Source: Rhizophagus irregularis
Taxonomy: Eukaryota
Assembly: GCF_026210795.1 (NCBI RefSeq)
Contig: NC_089431.1
Coordinates: forward strand, 4,030,001-4,094,000
Length of the DNA stretch: 64,000 nt
Reading direction: 5' to 3'
In this document: positions 1-10,799 of the stretch, piece after piece
Numbering within the stretch: the first letter of the stretch is position 1
How the letters are laid out: each line of letters opens with the position of its first letter
Translations under genes and position numbers: made by a program
The notes under the pieces: model-generated
What the model was told of the DNA's origin: nothing
The model's database searches: none
Seen by the model: only the letters and a program-made list of their open reading frames with translations

Positions 1-719
1 TTTTAAATACAATAATGAAAATTTTATTATGTAGGATGCTGGATTGAATAGATGAGAAATTCTATTTGCTTATTTAGGTGTGAAAAATAACATAAGGAAA
101 AATTTTTGATACCTAGATCCAATAATCGACACAGTAAAGTAGCTATTCCGGAAATAATTTTGTGATTAATGAGACTAATATTAAAGTTCATTAAAAGAAC
201 GAGTTGTCGCATAGGCACTAATAACTGTTTTTAACAAAGCAAAAAAACTGAATTATTGATTTAATTGCGCCATGAATTCATTTTCATTCAAAATCTTCCG
301 AGATGAACTTCTGAAGAAAACATTTACCGTATCTTATAATAAGATCTTCTGCAAGGAATAAATTTTAGATTTCTTCATAATAAAAATTCCTTATTTCTTA
401 AATTTTATTACAAGCGAATATATATTAGAAAGATTTCTTGAACGATGCAAGCGAATAAGTTTTTTTTTTTTGATATGAAATAATAATAGAAATAATAGAA
501 CAATCAATAAATAATAAGAAACATTGTAAAGCTAATTTTACGTCACAAATTATGAATGTATAAGAAATACTTTTAGACTCGTGAAAAAAATTAAAGAAAT
601 GAATGATATGAGCGATGGAATACTAATGAATTCCCAGAATTAAGGTCCAACTTAACGATGAAACTTTTATATTATTTCTAATATAAGAAATAAAGAAAGA
701 CTATATTAACAGTCAAATG

Positions 720-1690
720 ATTTTATTTACGTAAAAGTCATTAAGTTACAAATAAAAATAAATTTAATCAAATAGAGAAAAAAAAAACTTTTATGTATGA
801 TTATGCAGTTTGCATTTCTTGCATATTCGAATTTAAAGTTTGAAATTATGCAATTTTATATTTTTATTTTATGTCCAATACTTTTTATTCCGGGACAAAA
901 ATTTATGAAAAGTCACAACTTAAAAATTTTCAGTCGTTCGTGCAATTTGTTTTATTAAATATTTTTACAACCCTATAAAAAATTTTATCCGTTATTTCTG
1001 TAAAAACTTAAAAATGAGCCTTTCACGGATCCATTCACGGAAAATGTAAATAATTCGATAATTCTGCAATATAAGGTTATTAATTCCGGAAATATGAGCT
1101 TTTTACGGAAAAAGATGGAATATAAAAAACGGATCGACTTCTTTTACAAGGCAACAAATAGTATTACGTAATACAATATTATTATAAAAGTTTTTTCATT
1201 AGTCGATCACTTGACGTACTTCTCGATCTGATTTTTTTTGACTTGCTACATATTAACTTTCCAATAAATTATATTTCTAAGCTCATAGTATATCAATAAA
1301 TCAAAAAATTCTAAATTTTTTTTTAAGTAAATAAAAATTTATACGCACGTTATTTTACTTATTGATTTAGGTACAATTGCCAGATATGATTAAATTATGG
1401 ACTATTTTTTATTATTTATGATTAAAAGAATTTAATCAAAGTTCTATCTGTTTTCAAGTTGTTATGAAACACTCACTCCCTAAACTTTGTTCATTATTAA
1501 ATTTACAAATATCATGACGCGTCGGAATTATTATTTTACATTTTAAATGAATAATAAACGTATATTGTATTCTAAAGATGATGTTACTGCTGTAAATATT
1601 GCTGAAAACTGAGACTTTTACCATAAACATTGTAGAAATCAGCTCGAAGAAAAAATTGTAAAAAAATTTATTGCTTATTATTCTTTTTGC
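720..1690. repeat. Dispersed copy of the arm sequence of the 29.2-33.0 kb palindrome
   Basis: Blocks such as TTTACGTAAAAGTCATTAAGTTACAAATAAAAAT and GGTACAATTGCCAGATATGATTAAATTATGGAC recur in the same order at ~31760-32590. Confidence 0.75.
971..1151. mobile_element. MITE with CCCTATAAAA/TTTTACAAGG termini (CMC/EnSpm-like, non-autonomous)
   Basis: Terminal inverted repeats; 3-bp TSD CAA on both sides (968-970, 1152-1154); inverted homologue at 56851-57026. Confidence 0.75.
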
Positions 1691-2657
1691 TATCAGATTA
1701 ATCCCACTCCAGCCTCACTTAGTACTTTAGATCATCTATCCTAAAACACAAAAAAGAGAAAACAACAGCACAGAAACTCCCAACAACAAGACGCTACTGA
1801 TTTTTACAACACCGACCTGATGTATCATCGTCATTCTTGAACGTTACAATATGGATTACTATGAACATTTAGTATATATTTTTTAATTATTACTTAAAAA
1901 ATTTTTAATAAACCATTTCTTCTTTACTTCTATTGTAGGAATGCTGGTTTTTGAAATTTAACAAAACTGGATGGTGAATTAATAAGTATGTAGCAGATAG
2001 TGTTTTTCGTATTACTTTACTTTTTTTTTGTTTATAGCTAGGAATGCCAGTTTCTTAAAATTTGATAAAAGTGGACTTTATGAACTGGTATATAGTGGCT
2101 TATTAGGGTTTAATTGGGATGTTAAAACCTCATTTTTTAACATTTATTTTCTCTCATTTTTATTTGTGAGGATATCAATCTCTTTGAATTTACAAATATA
2201 TACATCAAGTGAGATGCTGGGTACAAAATCAAATTAGGGTGACGTTTAGATGTTAAATGTAATCGTACTATGTTTAATGTAATATATTGTAAAAGGTTTA
2301 TAATATATATTTATATGTTGACATACATGTTATAATGCAAATTAACACCCAAGTTTTTATTTTTATTTTTATTTAACAGTAATAGTTAGCGGATACAATT
2401 TTTATAAACATATCAAAAATGAAAAAGTAAAATAAAAAAATGAACTAAACTATCAGAAGAATCTACTTCGACGGTGGGGCAATTAAACATGAAACTATTA
2501 AAGATATAACCAACTACACCTAAAAACCATTTCTTTAATTAACCCACTACCTCCCATACACTAGCCGAAACTTGGTAAGTTGAAGCCCGCCCTGCAGAAG
2601 AAAGTAAAATTGACCCTATAAAATTATATAAATCAACTACTAAAATCTACGATGGCG

Positions 2658-5600
2658 CTACGAAGTAAGATTAGTATAAAATTCTATTATATTTTTGCCA
2701 AAATAAATGTAATTTCTAACACTATCTAAAGAATCATAATGAATAATATTATTATTACTATTATTATTATTAGGTAATGAACGAACGCTTTTAAACTCTA
2801 ATTTTTTCTTTTTAGTCAACCCTAAAGAACGTTCAAATTCCTTCAAATGCGAACACCTTGGAATCCAAACCTCTTCAAATATCTCATTAAAAATAAACTG
2901 CCTCATTTGAATTAAAACATCAGCAACGTTTTTCTTTGTAGTCCAAGAACTCAACAAATCTGAAAGAGACATAGGTATAAATCCTTTAATAAGATCGATG
3001 AAAGTAAATACGTTAGGATCATAAGATATATCCCATATATCAAGCGCCATAAGAGCATTAAAATCGTGTATATTATCGTTATATTCCAAAATCCAGGTCA
3101 AGAGATGATTAATAGTCTTATCTCTAATGTTGTGAATAATATCATAATGACCACTACACGTCCAGACATGATTAAAAGTTTCGTCTTGTAGTCCACATAT
3201 AGGGCACATCCAACCATCATATAAGTCAAGCAATGATTTCTTCATCTGTTCAATTGTAGGAATTTCTTCAATTAACAAGTGAACTTTTTGAGCTTTCGTT
3301 TTAGAAGAAGAAACAGAAGTTTCATTGTTATTTATATCACAATTTAAACAACTAAATGTGGATGTCCAGTCAACTTCTAACGTGCGATATTTAGAATTTC
3401 TGTTTAAATTAATAAATTTTTCCAATCCTTTGTAGTTGCATATATTTTTCAAAAATGAACGCAGTTTATTTTCAATAATAATCCCATTCCAACAAGGAAG
3501 AACTTTCATCATACAAGCATCCCGTTGAAAAACTATATAGCGATCCTGATCAGTATGTGCAATTTTCGCCAAATTATCTACATAATTATTACCCATATCA
3601 TCACCATGAGCAACAACTTTAAACATTTCCACATGCAAGTTCAATGTTAATATAATTCTACATAAAATAGCCCATAAGAAATTATTATTAGCCTTAAAGT
3701 ATTCTCGTGAAGTTTGAGAAAATCTTGAGTTCTTTAATTTTTCAAATTGTGTAATTACGTTAAGCGAATCTGTATTAATTCTAACTTTGCTATTTTTTGG
3801 AACAACGCTTAATGCTAAAAGGACTGCTAATAATTCTCCTCTATATGCAGAAGGCCATTTATCAATAGTAGAATAAAATTCTACATGAGGTATATCAAAT
3901 AAATCACTAATCTGAGCGAAAGCGCAACTAATACTACATTGTTCAGTACCTAATTCTATTAATGATCCATCGGTGTAAAACTCAAAAATATAATAATTGT
4001 TGTTGTCAAAAGGAGCTAATGTGCGTTGTATAGTTAACAAATCATTTCTTGAAGTTGAAGAATCTAATAAATCCAAAATTATATTATCTTGCACTTGTGA
4101 TAAAATCACGTGATTTTGCGTTAACGCTTGATGTATAATATCATACTTCTTTTTTGCAAAATCAAAAATGTCAAAAATATTAAATTCTATTAAGTTTGTA
4201 AGTTGACTAGGTGCAAATTGAGAATCTGTTAATAATGGTACTAAACATTCCCAGTCAGCAGAAAACGTACAAGGTGATCGTAATGATAATGATGCATTAG
4301 CAGCACATCCATATTCCATACATTGATATATATAAGTATGTGTATTGGTACATCTAGACATATCAATATGAAAATGTTTAATAACAGGTCGTTGTGTATC
4401 ATCTATTCCTTGAATTTTACCAATAACTACGGAGTTAAATTGTGAATTATAAACGGCTATTAAAGATCTATTTTTTTTAGCAATATCATATGATCGAGCC
4501 TCTTCCACATTGTCAACACGAGCGCCAAATAATTGTGTTATATTAAGAGTCAGATGAACACCATCTGAAGTAATTAAGTTTCTAATATCTGAATACCATT
4601 TAGTTTCTTTCCGTTGTGAAAAAACAGGAATATAAGCCTTAATAAGTATTTCTTTCCATAACAATAAACGAGATTTATCACCTGAAATAATTTGATCTAA
4701 AAATAAGATATTCTTTTCACGAAGTCTCTTCCTATGTTTAGAATAATATGCATTATCTACTACGTCTTCCAAAGGAATTTTACCTCCTTTAATTGATGGA
4801 AAAGTATTATCATCTAAATTTTCTAACGAAATATTATTATCATAGCATAATAAAAGCATATTAAGAATATAATTATTTTTTCGTGTATGCGGAACACGAT
4901 TATAAGGAAGTTTTTCTATCAATGGGCGTGATGTCCATAATTGATCCTGTAAGGATTTTAAACGAATTTCAGTAACTTTTCCTAATAGACCATTATCATT
5001 AAGTTGAATACAAAAATCAGTAATTTTGGCTTGAAGTTGATTGTCGTAAAAATCTCTATATCCATATATATAAGGATTATCAAGTATAGCGTTAGGCGCT
5101 GAACGAGCGAATTTTAATTTGTTTTTAAACATCCTTCTAAAAGGAATAATTAAAGATTCTGTTTGTGTTTTCGATAAAGCCATAACTTGTGACCAGTATT
5201 CAACTCGAGGAACGATAATTCTATTAAATATATATAAAATATGTTTATCAGTAATCTTCTTTTTATACATAAGATTAACTAAATGGTCTATTTCATTCTT
5301 GATTTTGAACATTAGATAATTTCCATCATGTTCAATATTAAAATACACTCCCAGGATACGCATAGGTTCGTGTGGATGTTTGGCTTTAATATTAATTTCT
5401 TCACGACCAAACTTGATTGAAATTTTGTCATTGTAATTATGAGAATATTTACGCTTCTCAGTTGTAGTCCTCATCATAAGCTCAGACTTTTCTTTGTTGA
5501 TTTGAATATCATTAAGACGATAAAATGTATCAGCAATATATAACATCTTTTCCAATTTCGATTTTTCATCAGTAATCCATTGAGTATCATCCATATACGC

Positions 5601-8111
5601 CATAATGGAAACATTTTGTTGATTGAGTACACCTTCTTCTTGAACAACTGATTTTGATATACAAGAAATATTATATCCCAATTGTTGTTTATCAATTTCT
5701 GCTAAAAGAGGATCGTAATAAATACACCAAAGTAACGGTGAAATAACTTCTCCTTGATCGATTCCTGTAAGAACATCATAAGGTGCAGTTTTTCCATAAG
5801 CAGTGATTACTTGATTTTTTCTATCTTTAAAAAGTTCTAAAATGAGAGACGAAAAATCGTTAGGAATTTTAATTCTATCCATCGCTTTTTTGAGTTGGAA
5901 GATGTTCACACGATCATAAGCCTTTCCCATATCCTGAGAGAGTATCCATAATTCATTATTATTATCGATTGAATCTTGAATAACTTCGTTCATAATCCTT
6001 ATCGGTTCAAATGTTGATTGTTTAGGCAAACCAGCGAATTGATTTGCCTTTAATACATTATTATCTTTCAAAATGATTGCTAAACGACGATTTAGCAAGG
6101 AAATAAGTGCTTTTCGAGTGGTTTCTAAAAGAGTAATAGGGCGAGAGTTTGATAATTCACAATTAAAGGGTTTAGGTTTAGCAATAGGAAAGACCGTCGC
6201 ATCTTTCCATTGTTTTGGTAAATATCCTAATTCTATAATTTTACAAATTAAATAATATAAAATATGATTACAATCATCACTTAGATGTTTCAACATTTCA
6301 TTTGACACGCCTGAAGGTCCTGTCGCTTTTCCATTAGATAGTTGTCGAATAATATCTAACCATTCATCATAAGATGGAGCGTCCATAATACTAGAATATA
6401 TATTTTCGTTAATATGAGGCTGTGGTTTATATTGTTCTTTCCATCTGCCTTGTATTGGTTTCTTTCTATTAACAGAGCCCGCCACTGTTTGAAAATGACG
6501 ATTTGTTTCTTCCAACACCTGATTCTCATCTGTAATTAAAACTTCATTACCATTATGATCTTTCTTATAAATTTTTTCAATTGAAATAGAAACCATTTCT
6601 TTTTCTGTAATAGATTGAATCATTCTCCCTTGATCATCTTTATAATTATCACATCGCTTTTTGATGTTAGAGATAATTTGTTCTTGTTCCATAATGTTAA
6701 GTTCAAGTTTAAAAACAATTCTCAATTGTTTTCTAATTTCATTAAGTTCTTCAAGATAACTATGGAACTGATCATTATTTAAAAAATTAAAATTATTGTC
6801 AGAAGTAACTAACTCATACTTGTCTTTTAACTTAATTATCGCGTTTTGATAATTAATCCATTTGTCGATCATTTCCTGATTTGGATGGTTTCTTAATCCT
6901 GTGATACATGAGCGGATTTCTTGAATACGGTTAATGATATATCTTAAATCAAAGTAAACTGACAACTTTTTCTCAGGAGCACATTTGATTTTCTGTTTTA
7001 TAACTTTTTTGTTTTTTATATTTTCATTAGCAGATTTCATGATAAGTTGTCTAAGAGAATCCCACACATGATCAACATGTTTTCTTTTTGTGATCGAACG
7101 ATCCTTGAGTTTGATTCTTTCGATTTCATGATCCAAACCAGCACGGAAATTATCCCATGTAAATTCATCATCTTCCTGATCCATTTCATCATATAAAAAC
7201 ACAGTACGAGTTATTTTCTTTTTACTTTTGTTAATCTTAGGTAATGTTTTTCCTATAAATAATTGTGTATCAAGCGATAAAGTGACAGTATTATGATCAG
7301 TTGTAAAATGATCATTTTCTATTACAGTACTATTCAAACTTTGGCCAAGTATTGGTAATGAAGCCCAAATATAATCTATTCTTGATTTTTCGTTAGAATC
7401 ATTAGGCGGAATATAAGTATATATATTTTCATCATCTTCGTTAAATATCGGAATTGTATCTAAAAGGTGTCTGTTTTCTAGCATTTTGAACAATTTGAAA
7501 TACCATCTATTATTAACAAATGACATCAAGTATTTTCTATAATTAATGTTGAAATCACCCATAATGATTATTTCCATATTTTTATTTTTCGCATCATCGA
7601 TAACATTTTCGATATATTGATATAGTTCCTCAATTTGTGTTCTTTCTTTTTTGTTAGCGTTAATGTACACCTGAATTAACCTAACATTTTTCTTTTGACT
7701 AAAATTTAAGTCTAAATATAAAACGCGGCCTTTATGACCAACCGCTTTATGAACAAATATATCATATTTATCGCTAACGATAATTCCTACGCCTTGACCT
7801 TTACCCCCTTGTTGTGAATAATCAAAATAACCATGGAAACCAAATTGTTGTTGCCAAATTTTTGATTGTCTATAAGAAAGATTAGTCTCGGCTAATCCAT
7901 ATATGTCAATATCATTGTTTTTCATCACGTCTAACGTGAAAATTAATTTATCTTTACTAAGGGTACGAATATTCGTAGTAGCTATTTTCGTTATTGAAGA
8001 ATGTTTTAAAGATTCTTTTGTAATAATTGGATTGTTATTTTCTATTTGGGGGAAATTTTTATGTTGTTGAATGTTCGAACTAGAAGAAGAAATTATATTA
8101 TTGTTCATCAT
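2658..8111 (-). CDS. LINE ORF2 polyprotein: AP endonuclease - reverse transcriptase - RNase H - CCHC finger (1817 aa)
   Basis: APE motifs TTNIRTL, LAETN, MGDFN, RIDYIW, TDHN; RT motifs GKATGPSG, RPITLLE, DMGKAYDRV, GIDQGEVISP, YMDD; RNase H motifs YTDGS, GELL, NTDS, AHGDDMGNNYVD; C-terminal CPICG...H...C. Confidence 0.95.
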   Translation of the reverse strand: MMNNNIISSSSSNIQQHKNFPQIENNNPIITKESLKHSSITKIATTNIRTLSKDKLIFTLDVMKNNDIDIYGLAETNLSYRQSKIWQQQFGFHGYFDYSQQGGKGQGVGIIVSDKYDIFVHKAVGHKGRVLYLDLNFSQKKNVRLIQVYINANKKERTQIEELYQYIENVIDDAKNKNMEIIIMGDFNINYRKYLMSFVNNRWYFKLFKMLENRHLLDTIPIFNEDDENIYTYIPPNDSNEKSRIDYIWASLPILGQSLNSTVIENDHFTTDHNTVTLSLDTQLFIGKTLPKINKSKKKITRTVFLYDEMDQEDDEFTWDNFRAGLDHEIERIKLKDRSITKRKHVDHVWDSLRQLIMKSANENIKNKKVIKQKIKCAPEKKLSVYFDLRYIINRIQEIRSCITGLRNHPNQEMIDKWINYQNAIIKLKDKYELVTSDNNFNFLNNDQFHSYLEELNEIRKQLRIVFKLELNIMEQEQIISNIKKRCDNYKDDQGRMIQSITEKEMVSISIEKIYKKDHNGNEVLITDENQVLEETNRHFQTVAGSVNRKKPIQGRWKEQYKPQPHINENIYSSIMDAPSYDEWLDIIRQLSNGKATGPSGVSNEMLKHLSDDCNHILYYLICKIIELGYLPKQWKDATVFPIAKPKPFNCELSNSRPITLLETTRKALISLLNRRLAIILKDNNVLKANQFAGLPKQSTFEPIRIMNEVIQDSIDNNNELWILSQDMGKAYDRVNIFQLKKAMDRIKIPNDFSSLILELFKDRKNQVITAYGKTAPYDVLTGIDQGEVISPLLWCIYYDPLLAEIDKQQLGYNISCISKSVVQEEGVLNQQNVSIMAYMDDTQWITDEKSKLEKMLYIADTFYRLNDIQINKEKSELMMRTTTEKRKYSHNYNDKISIKFGREEINIKAKHPHEPMRILGVYFNIEHDGNYLMFKIKNEIDHLVNLMYKKKITDKHILYIFNRIIVPRVEYWSQVMALSKTQTESLIIPFRRMFKNKLKFARSAPNAILDNPYIYGYRDFYDNQLQAKITDFCIQLNDNGLLGKVTEIRLKSLQDQLWTSRPLIEKLPYNRVPHTRKNNYILNMLLLCYDNNISLENLDDNTFPSIKGGKIPLEDVVDNAYYSKHRKRLREKNILFLDQIISGDKSRLLLWKEILIKAYIPVFSQRKETKWYSDIRNLITSDGVHLTLNITQLFGARVDNVEEARSYDIAKKNRSLIAVYNSQFNSVVIGKIQGIDDTQRPVIKHFHIDMSRCTNTHTYIYQCMEYGCAANASLSLRSPCTFSADWECLVPLLTDSQFAPSQLTNLIEFNIFDIFDFAKKKYDIIHQALTQNHVILSQVQDNIILDLLDSSTSRNDLLTIQRTLAPFDNNNYYIFEFYTDGSLIELGTEQCSISCAFAQISDLFDIPHVEFYSTIDKWPSAYRGELLAVLLALSVVPKNSKVRINTDSLNVITQFEKLKNSRFSQTSREYFKANNNFLWAILCRIILTLNLHVEMFKVVAHGDDMGNNYVDNLAKIAHTDQDRYIVFQRDACMMKVLPCWNGIIIENKLRSFLKNICNYKGLEKFINLNRNSKYRTLEVDWTSTFSCLNCDINNNETSVSSSKTKAQKVHLLIEEIPTIEQMKKSLLDLYDGWMCPICGLQDETFNHVWTCSGHYDIIHNIRDKTINHLLTWILEYNDNIHDFNALMALDIWDISYDPNVFTFIDLIKGFIPMSLSDLLSSWTTKKNVADVLIQMRQFIFNEIFEEVWIPRCSHLKEFERSLGLTKKKKLEFKSVRSLPNNNNSNNNIIHYDSLDSVRNYIYFGKNIIEFYTNLTS

Positions 8112-8119
8112 AAAAATAA

Positions 8120-9565
8120 TTATACGGCAGAATCGTCAAAAACTTCATCATTATCCCCCAATAATGATGAAGCTGAAGGGCCACCAGCTAACATGTTGTA
8201 AAGAGATGAAAGTAAGGATTTAGTTTCCTGGTGATTTTGTTGTATTTGCTTCTGTTGAGCAACAATATTTTGAATGTTTTGATCGGATTTTTGGAATTGT
8301 TGTGATTGAATATTGGACTTATTCGCAAGTTCATCTTCATCTTCACTCGATTCAGAATCACTTTTACAGCGTCTTTTCGCTTTAACTTCTGTATTATTAT
8401 CAGATTGTTGATTTTTCTTTTTCTTACTAATTGGAACTGGATGCGCTTTATCACATTTAAGCGCTTGTTGAGCTGTAACAACTTCACCAATTTGCTTGCC
8501 AGTATCGCTAATAAGCGACTCCATATTGAGCAATTTATCTTCAACCTTCCTTATAGTATTAATAATTTGTTCCTTGAATTTTAAAAACATCGGATGGTTA
8601 TTAAAGTCATCACTATCGTCATCATTATTATCATGATTACTGCGAGGTCTTCCTTGATCACGTGATCCAGAGGGAATATTATTATTAGATTTAGAATTAT
8701 TTCTGGGCTTTTGTTTAGATTTAGCCGCATCTGCATACGACTTTTTTAGATTTTTCCAATTATCAGCGCCACTAACAAACCGTTTAGAATGAGATTTGTT
8801 AATATCTTTGTTAGTACAGTCTTTGGCCATATGAGTGGGATTACCGCAAATATTACAAATGCGATCTTCCTCTTTACTCCAGTATAATTGTCGAGTACCA
8901 GCGTTGCCCTTTTTGAATTCAATATTCATTTGTCTGGCTGCCACCAAATCATCTCGCGAAGAAAAATGAATGTAAGCATAGCGACATCTTTGATATTTAC
9001 CACGAATCATAACAGCTGGGATAAAACAAGTTTTCCCTTTACATTGTGTCATAACTTCCTTGAGATCATAACCACTAGTTTGATAATGTAACCCAGATAA
9101 TCTTAACGAGAATTGTTTCCTTTTCTCGCGTTCCTCTTTGCTCAATAACAATGGTAAAACTCTAACTATGTCTTTGTTAATATGATAACTCCATTGCTCT
9201 TTAAAGTAATCAATAGAAGTAGCATCCTTATACGTAATAAAAGCAACTTGGTAAAGACCAGCACCTCTCGTATAAATCTTCTCAATTTCGCCAAGATCTT
9301 CAAAGGATTCACGAATTTCGCGTACCTGTCTAAACGCAGGAATATCAATCACTTGAATTGTACGATTATTGGAATTTTGTGACGTATCACTATCCTTGTC
9401 ATTTGTAGTAGCCACCTTTTCAGGCTTTAATGGGGTAGGTTGAAGTTTCACATTAAACACTTCACCCGAATCACCTTCTTTTTGCTCCTGAATAACAAGT
9501 TCTATTTTAAGAAATTGGTCAAATTTTTCTTTGTCCAAAAAGGATACCTTCGCCCTTGCTTTCCC
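8120..9565 (-). CDS. LINE ORF1, 3' part (two RRM-like domains, CCHC zinc knuckle, coiled coil)
   Basis: TIQVIDIP..VAFITYK and LRLSGL..YAYIHF RRM-like segments; CNICGNPTHMAKDC knuckle; stop lies 8 nt before the ORF2 ATG; no ATG of its own at the start, in the -1 frame relative to the upstream ORF. Confidence 0.85.
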   Translation of the reverse strand, partial: GKARAKVSFLDKEKFDQFLKIELVIQEQKEGDSGEVFNVKLQPTPLKPEKVATTNDKDSDTSQNSNNRTIQVIDIPAFRQVREIRESFEDLGEIEKIYTRGAGLYQVAFITYKDATSIDYFKEQWSYHINKDIVRVLPLLLSKEEREKRKQFSLRLSGLHYQTSGYDLKEVMTQCKGKTCFIPAVMIRGKYQRCRYAYIHFSSRDDLVAARQMNIEFKKGNAGTRQLYWSKEEDRICNICGNPTHMAKDCTNKDINKSHSKRFVSGADNWKNLKKSYADAAKSKQKPRNNSKSNNNIPSGSRDQGRPRSNHDNNDDDSDDFNNHPMFLKFKEQIINTIRKVEDKLLNMESLISDTGKQIGEVVTAQQALKCDKAHPVPISKKKKNQQSDNNTEVKAKRRCKSDSESSEDEDELANKSNIQSQQFQKSDQNIQNIVAQQKQIQQNHQETKSLLSSLYNMLAGGPSASSLLGDNDEVFDDSAV

Positions 9566-10269
9566 AACGGGGTAACTGGAAGTTGTTTGTTATACTGGAT
9601 ATTATAGGTTTGTAGCGCCTTTTTAATTTTGGTAGTTTTTAGACTTTTTCCTCCAATAAGCTCACCATATGGAACAAGTGCAATGTATTCTTTTATTTTT
9701 TCTATAGTAATGATCGACGGGTCTTTGTTAGAATTACTAGGATCAACATCCATGGGCTGGGACCCTTGATCGGCTTGCAGATTAATCTTATCCTGATTAG
9801 GCAAAACAACAGATTGTTGTTGATCCTTATGAGGAGTTGAAATAATTTCTTTGTTAAGAGTTGGAACCTTATTGGTTCCATTCACGTTGTTTACAATATT
9901 CTGCGGAGGTAAGGGAGGGTCACGTGACAGTTCTTTCGTGACCACCTTGGACTTTTCAGTAGCTTTCCCTTTGTCGTTAGCAGAAGAAGATTTGGAGTTT
10001 GGACCATAAGTATCCTGAACAATTTCTTTTTCCATGTCCATAGCACGTTCAGCTTCCATGGTTTCTGTCAGTTTTTTGTCAGAAGTTGGCTGCGGCTTTT
10101 TCCGATAGGTATTCCAAATACTCTCATGATGAGAAGCAGTTTCCTTCGGTGCACTGAAGGTGAACTGGTTTTCAGGACTAGTCGGCCTACTTCCACCTGC
10201 TTGGGAATTGCGGCTTGAGCTACGTGTTTGTCTACCACCTCTACCACCTCGTTTAGCGTTTCCAGACAT
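9502..10269 (-). CDS. LINE ORF1, 5' part (basic/RGG-rich, disordered N-terminus)
   Basis: ATG 75 nt inside the element 5' end; MSGNAKRGGRGGR start; overlaps the RRM ORF in another frame. Confidence 0.75.
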   Translation of the reverse strand: MSGNAKRGGRGGRQTRSSSRNSQAGGSRPTSPENQFTFSAPKETASHHESIWNTYRKKPQPTSDKKLTETMEAERAMDMEKEIVQDTYGPNSKSSSANDKGKATEKSKVVTKELSRDPPLPPQNIVNNVNGTNKVPTLNKEIISTPHKDQQQSVVLPNQDKINLQADQGSQPMDVDPSNSNKDPSIITIEKIKEYIALVPYGELIGGKSLKTTKIKKALQTYNIQYNKQLPVTPLGKQGRRYPFWTKKNLTNFLK

Positions 10270-10553
10270 TTTCTATAAATTGTTAGATATTTACTGCGGA
10301 TTTTAAGCGATTTTAACAATTTGTAAGAAAGAGTTTTTTTTCTTAATTAACACCCAAGTTAACACCCAAGTAGGATTTTAAGGCGATTTTTTACTTTAAA
10401 AGGCAAAAATTTTGGTTGATCATTTCATTTCAGTCAGATTTTCACCAAAATTTTCTATTCCGTTTTTGAAAATCATCCACATGCATAGTTGCCATGGATA
10501 CAAAAAAAATTGCCTTTTTCGTAAAAAACTCTCAGTTTAATCTTAAATATTAG

Positions 10554-10622
10554 TACAGTACTGTACATGTACATGTACAAGTACAAGAGCAAGAACATGA
10601 ACATGTACATGTACATGTACAG
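10554..10622. repeat. Degenerate hexamer microsatellite (TACATG/TACAAG/AACATG)
   Basis: GTACATGTACATGTACAAGTACAAGAGCAAGAACATGAACATGTACATGTACATGTAC read directly. Confidence 0.8.
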
Positions 10623-10799
10623 AGAAAGTGAACATTCACTATGGAAACTTTTTGCGCTGAGTTTAACTGTGCTGCTCAAAAAGAATGTTAACTTGACAGA
10701 TCATGAAATAGTATGTTGATCATTTTTTATTAAAATGTGAAAATTTTTTTTTTTTAATTAAAAATGTCAAAAACTTGATTAAAAAACAAAAAAAAATTA

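Larger units (their letters stand above)
2355..10344 (-). mobile_element. Full-length non-LTR retrotransposon (LINE) with RNase H
   Basis: ORF1 + ORF2 on the minus strand; (TAAAAA)n 3' tail at ~2355-2374; TSD AATTAACACCCAAGT at 2340-2354 and 10345-10359. Confidence 0.93.
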
